Below, piece after piece: positions 59,591 to 64,000 of a DNA stretch of 64,000 nucleotides. The translations under genes and the position numbers were made by a program. The stretch lies in NCBI GenBank assembly GCA_037440385.1, contig JBBIUI010000003.1, positions 4,533 through 68,532 on the forward strand. The letters are read 5' to 3'. A model generated the notes under the pieces. The model was not told where the DNA came from, searched no databases, and saw nothing but the letters and a program-made list of their open reading frames with translations. Source of the DNA: Rhodocyclales bacterium. GTDB taxonomy: Bacteria > Pseudomonadota > Gammaproteobacteria > Burkholderiales > Rhodocyclaceae. Position 1 is the stretch's first letter. Each line of letters starts with the position of its first letter.

Positions 59591-60162
59591 CGGTCCTCGC
59601 CCGCACCCCCGCGACGGCTCTGGCCATCGCCGCGATCTGCCTCGTTTCGGCTTTCCCGGCACGCGCCGAGCGCGCCGACCGCGACAAGCCGATCAGCCTG
59701 GAGGCAGACCGGGTCACCGTGGATGACAAGAAAAAGGTACAGGTATTCGACGGGCATGTCCGGCTCAGTCAGGGCAGCCTGGCGATTCAGGCCGAGCGCA
59801 TCGTCGTCACGCAGGACGCGGCGGGCTACCAGAAGGGAGTGGCCACCGGCGCCCCGGCCCGCTTCCGCGCCAAGCGCGAGGGCAGGGACGAGTTCATCGA
59901 GGGCGAGGCACTGCGCATCGAGCACGACACGCGCACCGGACGCACGGAGTTCTTCGATCGCGCCGTGGTGAAAAGCGGCGGCGACGAGGTACGCGGGCAG
60001 TTCATCCGCTACGATGCGACGAGCGAGACCTATCTGGTGAATGGCGCCCGCGAGGGCGCCGCCGCGAGTTCCGCGGGAAACCGCGTGCACGCCATCCTCC
60101 AGCCGCGGCGCAACGAGGGCCGGCCGGCGGCACCGGCGGATTCGAAGACGACCAAGGAGTAA
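59587..60162 (+). CDS. lptA: LPS transport periplasmic protein LptA
   Basis: Signal peptide, then DRDKPISLEADRVTVDDKKKVQVFDGHVRLSQGSLAIQAERIVV, the OstA-like N-terminal pattern. Confidence 0.85.
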   Translation: MTVLARTPATALAIAAICLVSAFPARAERADRDKPISLEADRVTVDDKKKVQVFDGHVRLSQGSLAIQAERIVVTQDAAGYQKGVATGAPARFRAKREGRDEFIEGEALRIEHDTRTGRTEFFDRAVVKSGGDEVRGQFIRYDATSETYLVNGAREGAAASSAGNRVHAILQPRRNEGRPAAPADSKTTKE

Positions 60163-60168
60163 CCAGGC

Positions 60169-60945
60169 ATGTCCTATGAAAACATCATCGTCGCGACGCA
60201 TGGGCGCGTCGGCCTCGTGACGCTCCACCGGCCCAAGCAGCTCAATGCACTCAACGACGCGCTGATCGACGAACTGGGCGATGCGCTCGCGCGATTCGAA
60301 GCGGACGCCGGAATCGGCGCGATGGTCATCACCGGTTCGCAAAAGGCATTCGCCGCAGGCGCCGACATCGGCGCGATGAAGGACCGGGATTTCATGGACG
60401 TCTACCAGTCCGACTTCATCACGCGCAACTGGGAACGCGTGAAGGCGTGCCGCAAGCCGGTCATCGCCGCGGTGTCCGGCTACGCGCTCGGCGGAGGATG
60501 CGAGCTGGCGATGATGTGCGACCTGATCCTCGCCGCGGAGAGCGCGCAGTTCGGCCAGCCCGAAATCCGGCTCGGCGTGCTTCCGGGTGCGGGCGGCACG
60601 CAGCGCCTGCCGCGTTTCGTCGGCAAGTCCAAGGCGATGGAGATGTGCCTGACCGGCCGCACGATGGATGCCCACGAGGCGGAGCGCGCCGGACTGGTCG
60701 CGCGCGTGATCCCCGACGACAAGCTGCTCGACGAGGCGCTGGCGACGGCCGCCCGGATCGCGGCATTCTCGGCGCCGGTCACGATGATGATCAAGGAATG
60801 CGTGAACCGCGCCTATGAAGGCTCGCTCGCGGAGGGTCTGCTGTTCGAGCGGCGCACCTTCCACGCCGCCTTCGCGCTCGCCGACCAGAAGGAAGGCATG
60901 GCCGCCTTCGTCGAGAAGCGCAAGCCGGAATTCAGGAACCGCTGA
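60169..60945 (+). CDS. enoyl-CoA hydratase (crotonase family, short-chain)
   Basis: [16 protein letters not shown]...[15 protein letters not shown]...[15 protein letters not shown]...FVEKRKPEF. Confidence 0.9.
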   Translation: MSYENIIVATHGRVGLVTLHRPKQLNALNDALIDELGDALARFEADAGIGAMVITGSQKAFAAGADIGAMKDRDFMDVYQSDFITRNWERVKACRKPVIAAVSGYALGGGCELAMMCDLILAAESAQFGQPEIRLGVLPGAGGTQRLPRFVGKSKAMEMCLTGRTMDAHEAERAGLVARVIPDDKLLDEALATAARIAAFSAPVTMMIKECVNRAYEGSLAEGLLFERRTFHAAFALADQKEGMAAFVEKRKPEFRNR

Positions 60946-61194
60946 ACACCGGGATCCGACGGCGCTTCCCGGACCATCCGCGATCGCCTATCGCCTGCTC
61001 CGGACGCCGCGGCTTCGCGCCCGACGCGGGGCTCCATCCTCGATTGCGCTACCGGCGTCACGCGCCGGCGGGCGCGTCCGTCCGATTGCGGTGCGCAATC
61101 CGCGCGTGCGCGGCGGGACGGCCTCCGAGGCGAATTCCCAAGTCGTTGTTCGGCAACCTCTTTACAAAAATTTGTGCATCGCATCAAAAATCTG

Positions 61195-61222
61195 TTGACA
61201 TCGATCCGCATACCCATATAAT
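61195..61222 (+). promoter_or_regulatory. consensus sigma-70 promoter (TTGACA-16 nt-TATAAT) for the phasin gene
   Basis: TTGACA at 61195-61200, TATAAT at 61217-61222. A/T-rich UP-like tract (ctttacaaaaatttgtgcatcgcatcaaaaatc) immediately upstream. Confidence 0.75.
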
Positions 61223-61310
61223 GCTGCTCGTGGTGCGGTGCACCATACCCGTTTCGATGTTTCACCGCATGTTGCGCCCGATCGATCGACCGACCAGAAA
61301 GGAAACCGTC

Positions 61311-61871
61311 ATGTTTGCAACCCCTGAACAATTCGCCAATGCCAACAAGGCCAATGCCGAAGCTGCGCTGACCGTGGCGAACGCCGCGTTCGCCGGTGCG
61401 GAGCGGCTCGCCGCGCTGAACCTGAACACCGCCCGTTCGCTGCTCGAAGACGGTGTCGCCAACGCGAAGGTGCTGCTCGCCGCCAAGGACGTGCAGGAGG
61501 CCATCGCGCTGCAAAGCTCGTTCGCCCAGCCGGTGATGGAACGCGCCGTCGCGTACTCGCGCAGCATCTACGAGATCTCGGTGCAGACGCAGGAGCAGAT
61601 CGCCAAGGTCTTCGAATCGCAGGTGTCCGAGCTGAACCGCAACGTCGCGGTTGCGCTCGACCAGGCCGCGAAGTCCGCACCGGCGGGCTCCGATGTCGCG
61701 GTCGCCGCCGTCAAGTCTGCGATCGCCGCGGCCAACTCGGCCTATGACAGCATGAGCAAGGCTGCCAAGCAGGTCGCCGAGATCACCGAGGCGAACGTCG
61801 CGGCCGCGACCACCGCCACCGTCAAGGCGGTCGGAGCCGCGACGCCGAAGGCGGCGAAGAAGGCCGCCTGA
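61311..61871 (+). CDS. phaP: phasin (PHA granule-associated protein, PhaP family)
   Basis: MFATPEQFANANKANAEAALTVANAAFAGAERLAALNLNTARSLLEDG..., Ala-rich helical, KAAKKAA tail. Start trimmed from the 275-aa track ORF; AAAGGAAA Shine-Dalgarno. Confidence 0.85.
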   Translation: MFATPEQFANANKANAEAALTVANAAFAGAERLAALNLNTARSLLEDGVANAKVLLAAKDVQEAIALQSSFAQPVMERAVAYSRSIYEISVQTQEQIAKVFESQVSELNRNVAVALDQAAKSAPAGSDVAVAAVKSAIAAANSAYDSMSKAAKQVAEITEANVAAATTATVKAVGAATPKAAKKAA

Positions 61872-61891
61872 TCCGGTCCGCGTCCTCGAAA

Positions 61892-61917
61892 CCCCGGCCT
61901 CGCGCCGGGGTTTTTTT
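61892..61917 (+). terminator. Rho-independent terminator after phaP
   Basis: CCCCGGC-ctcgc-GCCGGGG stem-loop followed by TTTTTTT. Confidence 0.85.
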
Positions 61918-61961
61918 CGCCTCGAGCGTGGCCCGCGGGCGGCACGCCGTTCGCCCGCAGC

Positions 61962-62714
61962 TCAGCCGCCCGCCGGCTGCCATTCCCATCCGCCGCGCGT
62001 CAGCTCGGTGCGGATCCTTTCCATCGCGGACTCCACCTGATCCGGATCGCCGCGCACGCCGAGTTCGACGTGCCGGCGCACGGTGGCGCTGCCGAACGAG
62101 GGCAGGCTGAACACCCGCAAACCGGAGTATTCCCGCTCGACCGCCTGCATCAGGTCCATCAGCGCGCTCTCGTAGGCTTCGAAGACGACGACCGCCGCCT
62201 CGGCGCTGCGTCTGCCGCGTGCCAGCGTGGCGTAGTGGGTATCGAGCACCCACTCGACCATCGGCCACGCCATCTCCGGAAACCCCGGAACGAAATGGTG
62301 ATGCTCGACCGAAAATCCCGGAATCCGGTTGTACGGGTTCGGAATGATGCGCGCACCTCGCGGGAACTCGCCCATCTTCAGCCGCAGCGCGGTGATCTCG
62401 GCGCCGAAGCGCGCCTCGATCTCGCGCTTTGCCTGCGGATGCAGTTCGAGGGGCACGGCGAGCGCCGCCGCGGCCGCCTGCCGTGTGTGATCGTCCGGGG
62501 TGGTGCCGATGCCGCCGAAGCTGAACACGAGATCGCCGGTCGCGAAGCTCGCGCGAAAGAAATCGGTGAGCCGCGAACGATCGTCTCCGAGATGCACGCA
62601 CCACGCCAGCGCCAACGAGCGCACGCGCAGGATCTCGATCAGTTTCGGGAAATGCCTGTCCTGCCTCCTGCCCGACAGGATCTCGTCACCGATGATGACC
62701 GCCCCGATGTTCAT
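61962..62714 (-). CDS. CinA-like / MoCF-biosynthesis (molybdopterin-binding) domain protein
   Basis: MNIGAVIIGDEILSGRRQDRHF...FSFGGIGTTPDDHTRQAAA. Confidence 0.75.
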   Translation of the reverse strand: MNIGAVIIGDEILSGRRQDRHFPKLIEILRVRSLALAWCVHLGDDRSRLTDFFRASFATGDLVFSFGGIGTTPDDHTRQAAAAALAVPLELHPQAKREIEARFGAEITALRLKMGEFPRGARIIPNPYNRIPGFSVEHHHFVPGFPEMAWPMVEWVLDTHYATLARGRRSAEAAVVVFEAYESALMDLMQAVEREYSGLRVFSLPSFGSATVRRHVELGVRGDPDQVESAMERIRTELTRGGWEWQPAGG

Positions 62715-63448
62715 GCGCGAATCGCCTGCGCCGCGCCTCGCATCCGGCGCAGCGCGGTGAGGCCGAAATGGATGAACACCAGCCCGGCATAGGCCGGTGC
62801 CAGCAGATGGATGACCGGCAAATAGGCCAGTGCGCCGCCGCCCAGTCCGGCCAGAAGCAGGCGGCCGCGTTCGCGCTCGAAGAACGCATGCATCTCGTGC
62901 GCGTCGGCGTGCTGCATCAGCGCGTCATAACGATAGGTGCGTGCATTGAGCCACGCGGACAGCGCGAGTGACAGCAACAGACCCATGCCCGGAACCAGCC
63001 ACAGCGGAGCGGTGACGATCGAACCGGCCGACCACACGGCGAGCGCGAACGACGCATTGCGCAGGCTGCCGGCCAGGCTGCCGCCGCGGCGCCGCTCCAG
63101 ATCCGCGTACTCGCGCGCGGCGACCCGTTCCAGCATCAACGGAACCGCGATGGCCGATGCGAGGAACACCGCCGTCGCATACACCACGGGAACCAGCACC
63201 AGCACCATCAGCACATGCACGGCGCCGAGCATCGCGAACGATACGCCGTGTGCCCACTCGATTTCCTGCAACCAGGGCAGCGACCCGAGCAGCCCGGCCA
63301 GAGATGCCGCCGCGCTGCCCCAGAAGATCGCGCCGAGTACGCCCCACGCGAGCGCCGCCGCGAGCGTCGGCCACGCCAGATGCCAGAACATCACCGGATG
63401 CGTCAGGCTGCCCAGCGCACGCGCGAATGCCGCAAGAATATCCGCCAA
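62711..63448 (-). CDS. EI24/CysZ-like (DUF540-type) polytopic membrane protein
   Basis: 245 aa, 4-5 TM. Family call is from memory of the overall pattern only. ATGA-type overlap with the downstream gene. Confidence 0.55.
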   Translation of the reverse strand: MADILAAFARALGSLTHPVMFWHLAWPTLAAALAWGVLGAIFWGSAAASLAGLLGSLPWLQEIEWAHGVSFAMLGAVHVLMVLVLVPVVYATAVFLASAIAVPLMLERVAAREYADLERRRGGSLAGSLRNASFALAVWSAGSIVTAPLWLVPGMGLLLSLALSAWLNARTYRYDALMQHADAHEMHAFFERERGRLLLAGLGGGALAYLPVIHLLAPAYAGLVFIHFGLTALRRMRGAAQAIRA

Positions 63449-63550
63449 GCGTACCCCTCCCGAATGCGGCGCCCGCGGACCGAAACCCGCGTACGAGGAT
63501 CCGGCACGATTCTAGCAGCCGGCGCGACGCCTCGCGGCCTGAACATCCCC

Positions 63551-63698
63551 GTCCTCGCGGGGAGCGCAGCGACACTCCCGGTCATTGCGAGGAACGTTTC
63601 TTTTTTCGGTCATCGCGGGGAGCGTTTCCTCGTCCCGTCCTCGCGAGGAGCGTTTCCTCGTCCCGTCATTGCGAGGAGCGCAGCGACGAAGCAATCCC
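63551..63698 (+). repeat. five tandem 28-34-bp units GTC(A/C)T(T/C)GCG(A/G)GGA(G/A)CG...CCC
   Basis: Units at 63551-79, 63581-608, 63609-36, 63637-64 and 63665-98. The reverse strand of unit 5 reads GLLRRCAPRNDG, the hallmark of a widespread intergenic repeat family. Confidence 0.8.
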
Positions 63699-63732
63699 GT
63701 CACGCGCCGGGCGGCCGCAACGCGCTTCGCGC

Positions 63733-63816
63733 GGGAATGCTTCGTCGGCCTTCGCCCTCCCCGCAAGGACAGGGTATCCGGGCTTCGTCGGCCTTCGGCG
63801 CGCTCGCGACGACAGG
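63733..63816 (-). repeat. two degenerate copies of the same unit in inverted orientation
   Basis: gggaatgcttcgtc (63733-46) is a 13/14 reverse complement of gacgaagcaatccc (63685-98). A 16-mer gcttcgtcggccttcg recurs at 63739-54 and 63782-97. Confidence 0.65.
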
Positions 63817-64000
63817 TCGTCGGGCCGCCGTCGGGGTTTGCCACTGCGGCGAAGACCGGCCATCGGCGTCACGCCGGCGTCGCTTCGGCAGGGATGTCAG
63901 GCGGGTATCCGGATGGCGGACGCAGCGATTCGCGTCGCAGTGGTGCGACTGGGGTGAGTACGGTCGATCGCGGGGTACGGGCTGCAACGACAAGGCGCGA

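Noticed and set aside
63551-63816. Possible CRISPR array
   Set aside because: The repeats are contiguous with no unique spacers, the units are degenerate and occur in both orientations, and there are no cas genes in the window.

Overview
Very GC-rich proteobacterial chromosome segment (GC not computed). The gene order (accD-trpA-trpB-trpF-truA-fimV-asd-leuB-leuD-leuC; tatABC-hisEIFAHB..DG-murA-ibaG-mla) is the pattern I associate with Betaproteobacteria such as Rhodocyclales or Burkholderiales; the taxon is inference only. Positions 1-36.8 kb and 55.9-63.4 kb hold tightly packed housekeeping genes. About 65 CDS are called. Many track ORFs are 5'-over-extended or are antisense or out-of-frame shadows, so they were trimmed or rejected. 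Two genes missing from the track were recovered by hand: the edge-truncated accD and a 42-aa entericidin-like lipoprotein between leuC and leuD. The one accessory-looking island is 36,995-55,930. It opens with a sigma-54 enhancer-binding response regulator, followed by a translationally coupled MSHA/T2SS-like machine: an ExeA/MshM-like ATPase with a SPOR-like tail, a lipoprotein secretin, a TPR protein, an MshE/GspE ATPase with an MshEN-like N-domain, a GspF-like platform, GspL/MshI-, MshJ- and MshK-like proteins, and two large pseudopilin-like paralogs. After the machine come a membrane class III adenylate cyclase, a polytopic PrsK/PilS-like histidine kinase, an orphan PEP-CTERM protein, and a detached pilin gene with a near-consensus -24/-12 promoter. 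Other points worth a second look: hisC is inverted inside an otherwise co-directional his operon. lptC-lptA are followed by a crotonase rather than lptB-rpoN, and kdsC is absent. The phasin gene has a consensus sigma-70 promoter and a clean terminator. The window ends in an array of ~30-bp repeats present in both orientations. No rRNA, tRNA, CRISPR, transposase or integrase was recognised.
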